Positions 24,773-38,067 of a DNA stretch of 64,000 bases are shown here, piece after piece. The position numbers were made by a program, and so were the translations under genes. Each line of letters starts with the position of its first letter. Within the stretch, counting starts at the first letter, position 1. The notes under the pieces are model-generated. The model was not told the origin of the DNA, ran no database searches, and worked only from the letters and a program-made list of their open reading frames with translations. The DNA comes from Amoebophrya sp. A120 (taxonomy: Eukaryota; Protista; Dinoflagellata), in contig CAJINV010000005.1 of the NCBI GenBank assembly GCA_905178155.1, forward strand, positions 1,986,054 through 2,050,053, given 5' to 3'.

Positions 24773-26554
24773 TTCGATGTAAAAAACTTTTTCAAAATTC
24801 CAAAGGCCAATGGTTTTGTCGGTGTATTTTTCTCATAATCTCAACTAGTAAAACTTACGCGCTCCTACTTTTGTCAACAGATTAGTGCTTCCGTCTGTTT
24901 CCACACAGGAGAATTCGGCGTACACCGGGGTAAAAAAATAAAGACTCAAGATGAAGAAGAACCAACAGCAAGGATGGAAGTCCTGTGAGGAGTTGGTGCA
25001 GCAAAAATACGGGCCAGGGAGTAGGTAGCTTTTTTTCTTTGGGGGAAGCAAGTGAGGGGAGAGCAAGTCAACTCGGAGTAGAGAGTGCACTTCATTCGGA
25101 CATCATGATCACCCTCCATAGTACTAGTACTCGAGTGAAACTACTACTACAATGAAAGTCATTGCAATCCATGATCACAGCTAGATATTAAGTACAGTGG
25201 CGCTAAAGATCATACCAACCAAAGAAATGGCGACTAGCGAAGGCCTAACTAGCGAAGGCACCTACATAAGATCTCAGACGCACGCACGGGGCTCCTTTCT
25301 TAATTCTTTTCGCATGTGGTCTCTGCTTTGTGACTGCACTTCGTTTCTGCGATTGGAACGAATTCTATTATCTGATCAGACAGCACAGCCCACGTCACAA
25401 AGGTACTCTACCGTATTCACACTTTCACTTTTTAGCTAGATCACGTATTTTCAAACCCTTCCGACGCTATCGCCGCCCAGCTACTTCGGCGGGCGAAAAA
25501 AAATTTTCCCCGCATGATGATAGCCCGGCCGGCACTCAAACAAAACACGAGCGCGCCGGCCGGCCCGGCCCCAGCAATTTGCAGCCCGGGTGGAGGCCAA
25601 GGCCGGGGGGGCTTTTACTAGAGTCGACGCGCTTCGCTGCTGAGGACAAGAACAAAGAGCAGTAGCAGTGGCAAGCTTTGCGACTCCATTCTGTCCGCGT
25701 GAACTATTTCCGAACTTTTGCTGTGTGTTCCTCGTAAAAAAAATGGACCTGCCTCGCAAAATAATGCGAGGCGCGGCTTGGTTTTATTTTTGGGGCCAAC
25801 ACCGCCAGGGGTTGGGTTGCGCAAAGTTTGCGCAATGTCTGAAACATTTGCGCCACACCTTCGATCCCTTGCCCTTGCGCATGTGTGGCGCTTTTCGTCT
25901 AGCTTCGGTCTGTGGCACCTTTAGTCTAGGCCGCGTTGTCTTGCGGTGGTCGCACTTGGTAAATTTCGTGGGGGTTTTGTACCTATATTTCTATTTCTTG
26001 TACTAGTTAGCAGCCCCGCGGCACGCCAAAAAAATCCATGATAATATTTCGCTTTTGTCATGTACGCCCAATTACACCTTTGTTCTAAAGACATATGACG
26101 ACACAAAACAAAAAAAAACGGAAAGAGACAGACTCTAGCCAGCAGACGTTTCAATGAATAGGGTCGAACAAAGTCCAGAAGAGATTTGGCCTTTGTTTCG
26201 AAAAACCAGAAGGACGGCACTTGCGCTTTTCAGTGTCTCTCAATTCCTTTGCCTCATTTTGCCGCCTGTCGCTTTATTCTTTCCAATTCCAGCATGATTG
26301 TGGTCTACTTTGACCTTCTCGAAATGTTTCGGATTCGCTTTCATCATTGACCGCATTTCACTCACACCCTCGAGGGGCAGCAGCTCTAAGAATCTTCAAT
26401 AGTTAGGGAACCACCATTGTGGACCAGCGGATTCGTTCCTTTCGTGGTTTATTTCAAGTACTTATTTCTCGTCTTTTCGACCTCTCCATTGCAGTTCCGC
26501 CAGAGAAATCTCAAACAACAATCTTTTCCGCAGCACCATATCCTCAAAACCTTG

Positions 26555-29500
26555 CTACGGCAAGACGTCCGGGTGGTGCGCCGCTAAAAATGCCGTTAGA
26601 GAATATTGCTCCTGCTGCGGTTGAGGTTGAGGCTGTCCTCCTCCTCCTGCTGCTCGTTGTACTCCCTCAGTGGAGTTCCTGGCTCCTGAAGCGGTTCCCG
26701 TGCAGCTCACCGTCCTCCGTGGTGTGGAGTCAGTAGAACCAGAACTAGCACAACTGCTCCTGGAAGCATCCAAAACTACAGGCGCCGCAAAGCCACCACC
26801 ACCACCATCACCCGCCGGAGCATCGGCGGTTTCACGACTTCGCGCAGCAGCTACAGCCGGTCCTCCTGGCAGGGCAGTGGTCCTCGTAGTAGAAACTACA
26901 TCTACAACTTCGCAGCTGTTTGATGTAGTTCCGGCTTCAGGAGTGGAACTTTTGATCGCTGTGGAATTCGAAAAATTGCCCTGCTGTGCAGTTGGAGCAG
27001 AGAAATGGTCAACGTCATGCGGCTGTGGACTAGAACAGTTTCTTCCGCCAGTGATAAGACCTTCTCCGTGGTGTTCTCGCATCATCGCCTCGCGGACCCC
27101 GTGCAACATTTCGCGGTCAACAATTGAGGCGGTCGTGCCTTGGCGATGGATCCTTGTTCCAGAGGGAGTTGACAATGTTTTTCTACTTGTTGTAACAATT
27201 GAGGACGACTCCCGCTCGGGCCGCAATTGATGTTCCTGTGGCACATCATGGTCGTGTACTAGTAGTTCTTGCCGCGCGGCTGATGTCTTCTCGGCGAGGA
27301 CCCCGTCGACAAAAAGTAGGGGTTCTTTCAGTCTTTTCTTCTCGTCCTCCGGCAGATCAACGTGCTCGGAGCAATTTGCTTTATTTTCCAAAAGCAACGG
27401 CTCGGTACAGGAACTGGCGAGATGTTCCTCCTCCTCGTCCCCCTCCTGCTGGCCGTCCCCAGCTGTGGTACAACTTCTGGTGGTCTCGCGGGTTGGACCT
27501 GCAGATGATGATGAACAGGAATCTATACAACTTCCCGCCCTGCTGGCCTTATCATCTTCTGGGGAGCAGTCGTTGGACTTGTTTCTACTTTTATCGCCAG
27601 GCGTCCGTTCATCTTCGCGGCAGCTCATTTTGATGTGTGCCGCTATTTCTATGGATTGCAAAAATGTCTGGGTCTGGAAGAATGCAACTTGTGATGCTGC
27701 ATTTGGATTCCAAAAAAATCTGTATTGCATGAGTAGCAAAGGGAATGCAATTTTTGCTACGCTGAGAAGGCATTTTCCATGCGGAATAGGCATCAAGAAG
27801 CCCTCAAAAAATCTGTATTGCTCCGGTATGCATCACGGACATCATTGCTCATGCAAAACGTGCATGACAAGTGTCAGAATCTTCCAGACCCAGACATTTT
27901 TACATTTGATAATTTCGGACGCCTTCTTAGTTCGCTTGTTTTCCACCGTTGGTCCCCCATCCGAAAACTCCTGCATTTCGACCCGCTGCACGTCGGCCAC
28001 CCAGGACTCGAGCAGGTGCGGGCATGATCCTACGGAAAAGTTAAGGTACACCCATGATCCATGCCAGAAAGAGAAACTAAATGAATTTGCGCTGCTAATA
28101 AAATCCTTTCACCTTGTGATGCGGAGACTCCCACAGGAAGGTCATTTTCTGTGAAGGAGAATGCAGTTTGCACTGCTAGTTAGCGACTAGCGAGGTGAGA
28201 GCCGAAGAAGTCTGTCCTGCCCGCGATCTGTATCTTCTTTGATTTTGATTTTATTGTGGCACTAAAATCAATAAACACAGATTCATTCTTCTTCTGGTAG
28301 CTGCTATGGGTGTACTTAGTTTCTGTGGCATAGGCAGTACTCCAGAAAGAAATATTTCGTGTCCTCCGTGTGCGCCAGGTCGTGCCCCAGGTACTCCCGG
28401 AGCTGGTTCACACTATGCATTTTTGCAAAAATAACATCGCAAACACCGTAGGTATAGGAATAGTAGAAATTGCATGAGAAATTTTCTTTAGAAGAAAAAA
28501 TGATAGTGAAATCTGCCATGCCTATTCCGGGAAAATATCAACATATCACTCATGCAAGACTGCACATGTTTCGTAACTTATGCCTGCGAAGATGCTTTTT
28601 CAGAGGATACACGCACTTCTCTCGCAGTTTGTCCTCGTTGACAAACAACAACCGGATCAGGTATCCGATGAAGTCCAAGTTGGCCCAGTAGCTGTAGTGG
28701 TACAGAGCAAGCGGGTTCGTGTCGTAGAGCAAGTTCTGCACCCGAGAGATGAGCAAGAAGTAGATGACGCACCAAATGCCCAGCATGAACCAGCGGAAGA
28801 TGTAAAAATCCGTGCCGGCCTGGAGCGACAAGATCGCGACTGGGATGGACAACACAATCAACTGCAACCCGATCAGGATGAAGGTCGCCGCTCCCGCGAT
28901 CTGCTTCAGCACGTGTGAGTAGTCCGAGGTCCGCAATGGACGTATCCTGTGTAAAAACGACGTCCCCGTGGTGCCAGAGTTTTTGATGTCATGCAGTGTT
29001 TATTCCATCTACTATGGGCAGCACACAACTTCGTAAAAATGTAAATTCCCCTAAACAGGGGCATTTCTAGTCGTCTTTCGGCGACATTTGTGATGCTGTA
29101 AACAGGATACAACTACGCGCAGGGGTATAATCATGTGATGCGGCTTTCCTTATTGAATCTTGATGCTACCCTGCACTACGCTATAGGGCAAAAGAACTTG
29201 TTGTGCCTGTGCGTGAATCCCAATGAAAAAAACTTCTGCGTGCAGATCATGAGTTCCTAACTTGACTATGGGGCGGCGTCGGCTGTGTTTTTACTCAGGA
29301 TAGACCGCGAGCTGTGGTTCTTCCGCGCCAACATCTGCGCCAAGACCGTCCGAATGTGGAAGAGCAGCAGCAACCCAAACAGCATGAAGGTGCCCGAAAA
29401 CCAGACCATCACTTTGGAAACGGAGGTCTCGAGTCTCTGCTGCGTACTAGGGGCTTGCTGCGCATCACTGGTCTGCGAACTGATGCCCACCACGGTGGAG

Positions 29501-31213
29501 AGGGCGAGAAAACTACCCATCGCGCGCAGGGCGGGCTATCCGGTGTAAATAAAACCACATACGACCCATGATCCACTACTTAGTCCTCTACCTGTTCGGG
29601 GCCGGTGTTCGCTACGCATTATTAGATCTTATTTTTACCAAATCCAAAACTTAAAATTTGCCTTCATGTACGAAAAAAGCTTTGACTTTGATGCAGTCGT
29701 GCAACATGACAGATCTTTTACATCCACCACAGAGCAATGGTGCTCCTCGAGGTCAGCATTTTCAGCTACCACGAAAACCGCGGCACGAATCAGTGGCTGG
29801 TGTTCTTGGGTACTACTGGTAGTCTTTACACCGGATCATACTTCGAGTGTCTGCATCATCACCTCCCCCCGCTGCTGCACGGGCAGGAACAGGAGAAGCA
29901 AAAACGCGCCGCGCATCCCGAGTTTCTGGTGGGGTGCCATCAAAGAGCCCTTCCAAAGGCCGTAGCCCAAACGCTCGTCCTCCTTCTCTGGGAAGAGGGT
30001 CCTCCTACTTCCCGGAGGTCGCCCAGAAGAATCGCACTCGTGTCCGGGCGCTGGAGGGAGCAGACAGGCATTTGTATTATAATCTCCTTCGGCGTCGGGG
30101 TCGTCGTGGTGGTGGGGGGTTGTACTTGTAGGTAGAAACTTATCGCCCGATTTGTTTGCTTGTCTCAGTCCTTCCTGTTGTTCAACGTGAACTACATCCC
30201 GCCCGTGAAGCTCCACGGCTCTCTCGGTGAGCAACGGGAGACAGAGGATCTCCAAATCGGTCACCAAAGCTCGGGTTTCGTCTCGCTGTTCCTGCGTGAG
30301 AAACACGGCGCGTATGCATTGCAAATATCGATCTGGGTCGGCAGAACATCACTGATAGATGAAGCTTGTGAAAAAGAATACGCCAGCCTTGCATATTTGA
30401 TTCTTATTTGTTTTTGTCCTCTGGGTCTGGCCCCAGCATGTGCCTTGCGTGACCGGCAAACGAAGCGCCACTCTCTTCGTCACGCAAACTCCTACCCAGA
30501 GGACTTTGTCATGCGCACCCACTAGTCAGGGACAAGGAAACCGCGTGAAAAACTTCTCATACTTGGGCGCAAGACGACTTTTCTTTTAAGTAAATGCCAC
30601 TATTCATCAGCATCACAATTTTCCAAACTGAAGACCTCCCGGATCGCCATCGCTATTTGCCATGCATAGCGCCAGTGAAGGACCGGAACACACTGGTCAC
30701 GTTCTGCGACGCCTTGGTCAACAATTTTTTGCCGATGGGAGGACGCAGCTGCTCCCCGTTGTGCTGATGGAACTGCCCACCACGAGGACCACCTACGGAG
30801 GTTGTCTTACTAGTAATATCCGCACAAGAACCCCTTCCCGGAGAGTGTCGTACCACCACCACCCGCGACGGGTCGTCCTCTGCGTCGACGATACAAACGG
30901 CCCCGGAGTAGTGGAAAGCAGCATTCTCCAGCTGGTCCCGCCCGACGACCGAGGCACTACCGTCCACGCTCGGTAGGTGTGTCTGTTCTTGCTGTTCCTG
31001 ATTCTGCATGGGGCCAGATGTTGAGGCACCACCTCCTTCTGGGCAGAAGTGTCGGTGCGAGGAGGATAGACTTCCCTGCTGCACTCCTCCTCGTTCCCGT
31101 CGTTCTTGTCCCGTGACCGTAGTTCGAATCGGTAGGTCTACCAAAGTGGCCCCGGTCTCCGGGACGTAGGTGTATGTCTCCAGATTACGAAAACCGGGCG
31201 AGGGGGTACCCAT
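26555..31213 (-). CDS. Hypothetical multi-pass membrane protein, multi-exon
   Basis: ORF blocks join in frame when elements are removed; several hydrophobic helices (FSGTFMLFGLLLLF, FILIGLQLIVLSIPVAIL, WFMLGIWCVIYFLLI). Confidence 0.7.
27650..27911. mobile_element. Introner, family A
   Basis: TIR core AAAAATGTCTGGGTCTGGAAGA; TSD ATTTC; removal gives ASEIAAHIK. Confidence 0.93.
28414..28609. mobile_element. Degenerate introner
   Basis: TAT...ATA ends; TSD CACAC/CACGC; removal gives EKCVNQLREY. Confidence 0.7.
28943..29302. mobile_element. Introner, family E (diverged)
   Basis: TIR TATCCTG.GTAAAAAC; TSD GGACG/GACCG; removal gives HSSRSLRTSDY. Confidence 0.8.
30313..30668. mobile_element. Introner, family A-related (AATATCGATCTGGGTC variant)
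   Basis: TIR TATGCAT.GCAAATA; TSD GCGCG/GCGCC; removal gives FTGAVFLTQ. Confidence 0.8.
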
Positions 31214-33300
31214 CCTTGTTGCGGTGCAGAGACTAATAATAGTGACGCTTGCAGTGGGCGTTACCGAATCAAGTTCGTGGGAGATAAAAGCTGTGTATCG
31301 TCCTTTTGTTTTGTAAGATCGAAATTATTCTGCGGTGCTTACAATAGTTTTGGTTTTCGTCAACCCGTAAAAGTCAAAACAGCTTTTGGTTTTTGTCAAC
31401 CCAGTTTTTGGTTTACATCCCGTAAAAGTCAAAACAACGACTCCCACAGCTGCTGAATCGACATTAAGATTATCTTTTAGTACTTTAAACTGATACTGAA
31501 CATTAAACGGTTGCTAAGCATTTCCAACAGACGTTCACCAAACATCACCGCTGCCCTCTGGTGTTGGAATACAATATGAACATTGAATTGACACAAACAA
31601 ACCGATCAACCGAAGGGAGACATGAGTCCTCCTGTTGACACTTCATGAAGATCTCCTCTTTCATTCTGATCAAAATTTTAACCACGAATTCTCGATCGTT
31701 CGCGTCCCTACTTTGGACTCATTTCATTGATCAAACTGGACAACGATGTGCTCAAAGAGCGGTTTGTCGACACGCGATGTAGATTTTCAGTGTTCACGAC
31801 GGTCGTAAGCTGCAGTTGTAGTACCGAGAATAGAAGTCAAAAACAAACTTCGAGCATTTCATATAGCTTCTCCTGTGCTTCTTGACCAGTTACCTTCTAG
31901 ATCGATCGTGTTTTTTTTGTTTCGACTTTTTACCGACGTGCGAGTGGCTGCACGGATTGTATTTTTCTACGAGGTCCGACACTTGCTTGAAATCGGGAGT
32001 GGTGGACTACATCAATTCCGTATTTACCAAACTGAAAAAAGTTCGTATCGTGGGTACATCAATTTCTTGCCAAACTTTTCGAATCCGCTCTGCTCAAGAC
32101 CAAGACCCTCAGCCTAGAAAATCTCTACATCAATGCGTCTTTTGTTGTGTGAGAACTCTTTGGTTGTGGAAGCACTCCAAGTTGTGCCACACTTGGCGCT
32201 CCCTGATAAGCAGAACGGGAAAGAGGCATAGAACAAACTCCGTGGCGCTGGTGTTGCTTACACTGTTCCTGCGAATTTGAATAAGTTTAAGTACGTTGCT
32301 GAAGAAAGAAATACGCATTCTCATGATGAGCCATTCTTCGGGCACTATTTGTACAATGGAAGCGGTTTTTGTACAATTACTTTATAGCAACATACTACTA
32401 CTGTACGGAGAAAAGGAAGACTAACTATGAAAAGTCTTCCGCTCTAGGACTCAAAGGCTTATTAAAGCGGGAAGAGGAAGATCGATGAAGACTCTATATA
32501 AAAGTGCGGTAAATAATGCAATTCATCTTCGAACGGTTCAGAATCAAGAAACACAAAGTGTATAAATACTCTTTCCGCCGACACTCTTTCATCTTGACGC
32601 TTCCCTCGCGTACCACTAGCGAAGGTTTTACCATTCGTAGCAGCTGCCTCTTTTTTCTTTTTTCTCCTGCCTAAGCGATAGTTGTAGTCACACTAGCTAG
32701 GTTCACGCTTTTACTTATCAGGCTAGCGATTCCCTGTTTTTGTTCCCCGTGGCTTTAACTTTGCGGGTGGGTTGACACTTGAATCACGTAATTTCATGTT
32801 GAATCCATTTCAGTGATTGTAACTTCTTCGTGTCAATATCGTGAGGTGGATAGGTAATTATTAAGTTGCTTGACCGGTAGGTGGAGCTGAAGACAAGCCC
32901 GCAAGGTGGGGCTCTGGTCACGGTGGTGGTGAACTCTTGTCAACAAGTTCAGGATCTCACAACTTCATCGGGTCTTCCAAGGCCGCCAGGTAGTCCTCCA
33001 ATGTGAGCCTCGAAGTCTTCATGGAGCCTCATTCCACCATAATCACCCCCTTCAACTTCATCAAATCCGTCACCATGAAGTCCACCTCTCATCTCCGTGG
33101 CCTCCTCTTCCGAACCCCGCTCCTAAACCTGATTTCGTTTTTAGACCGCATAAACTATTCGTTTGGTGCGGAATGGGATCAGAGCTCTCACCTACGGACC
33201 GAGGGAGAGCTGTAAACGTAGCTTTAGTGTGTGTTTCTATTTCCAGTTTCTTTTACTCAGCAGGCAGTGCGAAGGGCGCGCCCGGATCACAAAAGAGCTT

Positions 33301-34521
33301 TTACAAGTAGTAGATGGGCTGGGGTGCTGGCTTCGTTTTGATACAACATTGATCGTATTCCTGACACAAAACGGAGAACAGCTTTTGTACCTGCTTTTTC
33401 CCTTCTTTCTGGGCCTGCTCATCAAGTCCGAATCTTTCGCGCAATGCCTCGGTTCTCCGTTCAAGGTTCTCGATCTCGTTCTCGAGTTCGTCTGTTAAAA
33501 ACCAATATGCAGCAACGTCATCCAAACTCATCTCGATGGATCTGAGACGTTCATCCAACGGCAAGTATTGTTCCCCGGTCGCGTAGAGGCGGACGGACCA
33601 CAGCCGCTTTTCAACTTTGTCCGATAACTCTTGTATTTGTTGTTGTGTATCCAATCGCTGGTCCTCTTCCATGTCCCCCTTGTCAAGCGCGTCCCATGCT
33701 CTCACCAGCTCTGCATGATCCTTCTTTGCAAGCTGAAAATCCGCACGAGCTTCAGCAGCCCTGTCAGGGCCAGCAGAAATAACCTCAGCAGGACTAGCAG
33801 GAGGGGCAGCATCAGCAAGAGCAGCAGCAGGGTGGGCTTGCTGCGTCACTTGGTGGGCTTTAGGAGCATGATGAGGGGCAGCAGGAGGATCTTTAGCAGC
33901 AGGAGGATCTTTAGCAGCAGGAGGATATTTAGCAGCAGGAGGATCTTTAGCAGCAGGAGGATCTTTAGCAGCAGGAGGATCTTTAGCAGCAGGAGGAGGT
34001 TTAGCAGGACGACGACGAGGCACAGAGGGAGCAGTTACTGGTCGGCTTTGTGCTGCTTGATGCAAAGGACGAGTGTAGTGGGGAGGCGCAACGGCCTGGG
34101 GTGTGGCGCCCGGGACGAGCGGCTGTAAGCCCCCGCCCTGGCCGCCACCGCCCTGGCCGCCCCCGCCCTGGTCGCCCCCCACGTGGTCACCATCACCCTG
34201 GCCACCCGAAGCTTGAGCGCGAGCACTTTGAAGTGGACCGGTTTTCGTTGATGGAGGTGGTCCGCAGCAGTCCCTCCGCTCCAGAAATTCCTGATCTGGC
34301 AACTTGGCAGGTGGAGCCATTGCAGCTTTTTCTTCCGCGTTGACGTCTTCCCGGTCAACATCGTTACCGCGGTGTTTCTCGTTCTCGTCCAAGAGCCCAA
34401 CGGTTTCGCTTTCGTGCAGAATTACACGAGCCTCCCCGCCAAGTGGCAGAACGGCGGCGAAGCAGATGGCAGCGAGGTACCCGCCCGTAGTCGTCATCAC
34501 CGAAGTATTTCTGGAGCCCAC
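33301..34521 (-). CDS. Putative secreted protein with Gly-rich and PPAAKD repeats and a coiled-coil C-terminus
   Basis: 406-aa ORF with a signal-peptide-like N-terminus (YLAAICFAAVLPLGGEA); may have a further 3' exon near 32950-33140. Confidence 0.75.
   Translation of the reverse strand: MGSRNTSVMTTTGGYLAAICFAAVLPLGGEARVILHESETVGLLDENEKHRGNDVDREDVNAEEKAAMAPPAKLPDQEFLERRDCCGPPPSTKTGPLQSARAQASGGQGDGDHVGGDQGGGGQGGGGQGGGLQPLVPGATPQAVAPPHYTRPLHQAAQSRPVTAPSVPRRRPAKPPPAAKDPPAAKDPPAAKDPPAAKYPPAAKDPPAAKDPPAAPHHAPKAHQVTQQAHPAAALADAAPPASPAEVISAGPDRAAEARADFQLAKKDHAELVRAWDALDKGDMEEDQRLDTQQQIQELSDKVEKRLWSVRLYATGEQYLPLDERLRSIEMSLDDVAAYWFLTDELENEIENLERRTEALRERFGLDEQAQKEGKKQVQKLFSVLCQEYDQCCIKTKPAPQPIYYL
33878..34008. 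repeat. 18-bp coding tandem repeat (GCAGCAGGAGGATCTTTA), about 7 units
   Basis: Visible array encoding PPAAKD on the minus strand. Confidence 0.95.
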
Positions 34522-36016
34522 CTTCCTCTGAATTATGTTCGGAAGATGTTGACGAAGTTGAGATACGCATACGTATTACGAATACGACCGAGGCACTCTT
34601 ATAATTAATGTGGTGAGCTAAATGCGTTCCCCTAGGCTATCGGAATAACTTATTCTCTCACAGCAAGCTGCAAAAAACACAAACATCATACATCTTGCGA
34701 ACATCAAAAATACGAATTAAAAGCGTACAAAAATAGCAGGATTCTTGTACCTGTCAAGTGTTGTGTAGTGGCAGCACCAGTATTCCAGAAGAAAAAATAA
34801 GTAAAGCAGGAGCTAAGTAGTCGCTTCGGGGCGGGCAACTTCTATGGGTGGTTGTGTCTCTGGTAAAAACAGCCTGTGTAATCATTGTTCGTAGCAAAAG
34901 TAACAATGCCGCGACGTGAATTTTCCATAGGCCATCGACAGGGTATTTGCTGCAGCGAATGGCCATTGCGTATGAGCATCGCTGAGCTACACATCGACAT
35001 CGACAAAAGTACTTTCACGATCAACGATAAGATGACGCGGGTTGTGTTGCCAGAATCCGGACGGACGATCGGACGAACCAGGATATGACCTCGTCGAAAC
35101 GAAGTCAATTTGCACGAAAATGCTTCCCACCGAGTTCGCGGTCTAGAGACGAAGAAGTTTCCACCGAGTTTGCGGTCCAAAGCCGTAGAAGCTTCTACCG
35201 AGTTTGCGGTCTGAAGCAGAAGCCGAGGGCCAACAACAACGAAAACAGATTCCATCATTCACATCTTGTTCAAAGATTAGCATTAGGGAATGAAGACACA
35301 GAAAGGACTCATAAAATGAATGGTAATGGACTGCCTTCTGTCAAAACGCAAGCCTTTTCGAGAAATGCTGGCGACTAGGTGGTTTTCTCAAGACAGGGAC
35401 GAAGCTCTGTATTTTGCTTGGAACTGGGATACAGCTTCAAACATTACTTGTGGCTGGGGTCTATTTCTCTACTGAGCGCGAGAAATAACGCGTGGCGCAT
35501 GCATTGCCGGGTACAGCTTTCTTTTGCCATATATATAAAGACAACGTGCGGCTTTTCGCTCTCAGTCATCTGCAGCTTGTTTTCGAATATGCCTGAACCA
35601 AAAAAGCTGGTAACAATCCGAGGACACGTCTTGTACGGAACGTATGAAATTAGTTTCGCCGGTACCGGTATGCGAGATTTCGCTCTCTTTGTTGATGAGT
35701 TCTTGTTAGAGTCTCGTTGATTTATGATTACAACATATGTTAACTATTACAAAAAAGAAGTAGTTTCTAGAAAAAGTAAAAAAGAAAAATCGTATAAAAA
35801 CGAAAAAATCGTGCGATCGGACAAAAAAAAATTAAAAACCTAAAACTGTCGGTCTCGTTTCCGTTGGTTTGGCTTTCGTAGTCACTGTCTGTTAATGTCG
35901 GATAAAAGAAAAGTATACAGTAAAGGTAAACATGCTTACAAGTTCAGATACAACTAGTGCCAGTGTAGACACGTCAGATCTTCTTCGCAATTGACGGCTG
36001 CTAGTTGCAGTCGCCA

Positions 36017-37087
36017 TTAGTGATCCTCCCCGTCGTTCTGAAAGACCTCCACCTCGCTTTCTGTCAAACTGAACACGAACTCGAAAAGCGAGGCGGTTTT
36101 CGCATGCAGTACGCGCGCACGGCTTTCCGCAATGCGATCTTCCTCCATGATGCCATCGTCGCCTTCACGACTGCTGGAAGCGCTGGCTCCCCCGTGCGCG
36201 ACAGCGACACCTCCATGGCCTGCAGCATCGTTCTCCTGTAGCTGCCCACTCAGCAAGGTTGGTTGGGGCGCCACGACGGAACAAGGTCCTCCGTCGCCAC
36301 CTGTATCGGACTGGCTCGTTGCAGAAGATGAACAAGTCGAGGACGCGTCGCCGTAATCTTCATCAGCATCGCCATCAGAAGACGAAAGCACATCAGCACT
36401 GGCCTCCTCGAGTGGTCCGTCAGCAACGCACGGGTCTTCGATTTTCGTTGAGCAGGGATCCTCGCTCTTTTTGCTCCAAGTCGGCTCTGCCGTCGCATCA
36501 ACAAACACCTCACCTGCTGCCAGCGTCTTCGCCTTCGAAGAAGTCAAGACACGGGGAAATTTTTCCGTGCCGCCATTTTTCTTTCCGGCGCGGCCACGTC
36601 GCTGCTTCTTCTTTCCTGTTGCATTCGCGTCCTTCATTTTCTGACCCCCTGTTGCATTCGCGTCCTTCTTTTTCTGACCCCCCATCAGGCGCTGGCACCG
36701 AAAGAAGCAACGGCGAAAGAATCCCAAATACCAGGCAAGCCACATGAGCATCACGACAGTGTTCTGGGCCAAGATTCCAAACACAATGGTCCAGGGGTAC
36801 AGGTGCACAAAAGCTCGCAAGTCGTGGTAGTCGTGCGCCGGGCCCTGCAAATCTTCTTCGGAGCGCGCTTTTTTCTTACTTTCGGATGATGAGGAAGTTG
36901 AGGATGCTGAGCTGCGTCCCTCCGCTTGTGCCTCCTCGATGCGCTGCTTCATCCCGTCTTCGGCGGGGCCTGTGCCAAAGGGAGCAGAATCTTTCGTCGT
37001 CGCATCGATCTGGTTTTCCGTGCCACTAACCTGCCCAGACGGTGCTGAAGCAGGCGGGTTGTCACCAACAGGCAGCATGGAGTGCAA
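36017..37087 (-). CDS. Hypothetical membrane protein
   Basis: 356-aa ORF with one hydrophobic segment (WTIVFGILAQNTVVMLMWLAWYLGFF) and a GGQKxKDANAT duplication; start uncertain. Confidence 0.6.
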   Translation of the reverse strand: MHSMLPVGDNPPASAPSGQVSGTENQIDATTKDSAPFGTGPAEDGMKQRIEEAQAEGRSSASSTSSSSESKKKARSEEDLQGPAHDYHDLRAFVHLYPWTIVFGILAQNTVVMLMWLAWYLGFFRRCFFRCQRLMGGQKKKDANATGGQKMKDANATGKKKQRRGRAGKKNGGTEKFPRVLTSSKAKTLAAGEVFVDATAEPTWSKKSEDPCSTKIEDPCVADGPLEEASADVLSSSDGDADEDYGDASSTCSSSATSQSDTGGDGGPCSVVAPQPTLLSGQLQENDAAGHGGVAVAHGGASASSSREGDDGIMEEDRIAESRARVLHAKTASLFEFVFSLTESEVEVFQNDGEDH

Positions 37088-37248
37088 ATCTTACACTGGC
37101 TCTGTGATGAATGCGACGAAGGTTGTAGCTTTCTACGACGGAAACATCCGCAAGGTATGAAGAGAAAACGTGCATTTTTTCGTCATGCGTGGATGGTGGA
37201 GCCACTTGATTATTCCTTATATTCCTTCGATCGAATCCATAAATAGAG

Positions 37249-38067
37249 CTACAAATACTTCTTGTTATCCGTTCGCCCTCTTCCTCCTGCCGTATATGTA
37301 TAAAAAACAAACCCATCTCTCATGCAAGATCCAGCAGCACGAAGCAGCTGTACATTCCCGGTCCAGGCATATTTGCAGTGGATAAAGGTCGTGGAACCGC
37401 CATCTTCGGGACCGCGACCGGACAGAGGATGCACAAAGGGGGCCGCACCTTCCAAAAATGACGAAGAACTCCGTAACCTTCCCTCCTCGGGGGATGAGAA
37501 CTGCTCAAAGCGTCGGATCTCGTCTTCAATCCAGCGCAGCCGGGAGAACGGGTCTGAGATTTGTTCAAGCAAGGGGCCGAGTTCACTTTCCACCAACTCT
37601 TCGATGGCTTGCATCTTGTTCTGCAGGTCCAGTACAACCGCGGTGAGAACGTGTTTCTCATTGTCACGAAATAGCGAGTGGCGCAGCGCTTCCTTGTCCG
37701 TCTTCGTGGTCGATTTGTCGCTTTGTGATTTAAGCTTGTTATAGTTTTTTTGGCGGTCTGCATTGTACTGTTGGAGAGGCTGCCTTGCATTTTTGTAGCA
37801 GAACAGGTCGTTAGGGCCGCCGTTCTGGCGGGGGTTGGCGAGCATTCTAACATAGTCCGCGAGGCCCGTAAAGTCGCTCGGTAGTGTATATCCCGTTCGG
37901 CCTCGGATAGAGGGATGATCCGTAGTGTGATTACAAAACCAGGATGTGTGATTGGCTTGAACACATTTGACCCGTGGGGTACGCAGGCGCGAATCCCACG
38001 CGAAGATACATGCAAAGATGAGATTGTTCGACTTTCTGGTTGCCTTTGAAAGAAAAACTGCGATCAC
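37249..38067 (-). CDS. Hypothetical protein
   Basis: 272-aa ORF with a helical, protein-like core; boundaries uncertain. Confidence 0.5.
   Translation of the reverse strand: MIAVFLSKATRKSNNLIFACIFAWDSRLRTPRVKCVQANHTSWFCNHTTDHPSIRGRTGYTLPSDFTGLADYVRMLANPRQNGGPNDLFCYKNARQPLQQYNADRQKNYNKLKSQSDKSTTKTDKEALRHSLFRDNEKHVLTAVVLDLQNKMQAIEELVESELGPLLEQISDPFSRLRWIEDEIRRFEQFSSPEEGRLRSSSSFLEGAAPFVHPLSGRGPEDGGSTTFIHCKYAWTGNVQLLRAAGSCMRDGFVFYTYTAGGRGRTDNKKYL

Noticed and set aside
35125-35212. Three copies of C(C/T)ACCGAGTT(C/T)GCGGTC at about 33-35 bp period
   Set aside because: Too few copies and the spacers are related; an ordinary degenerate minisatellite.
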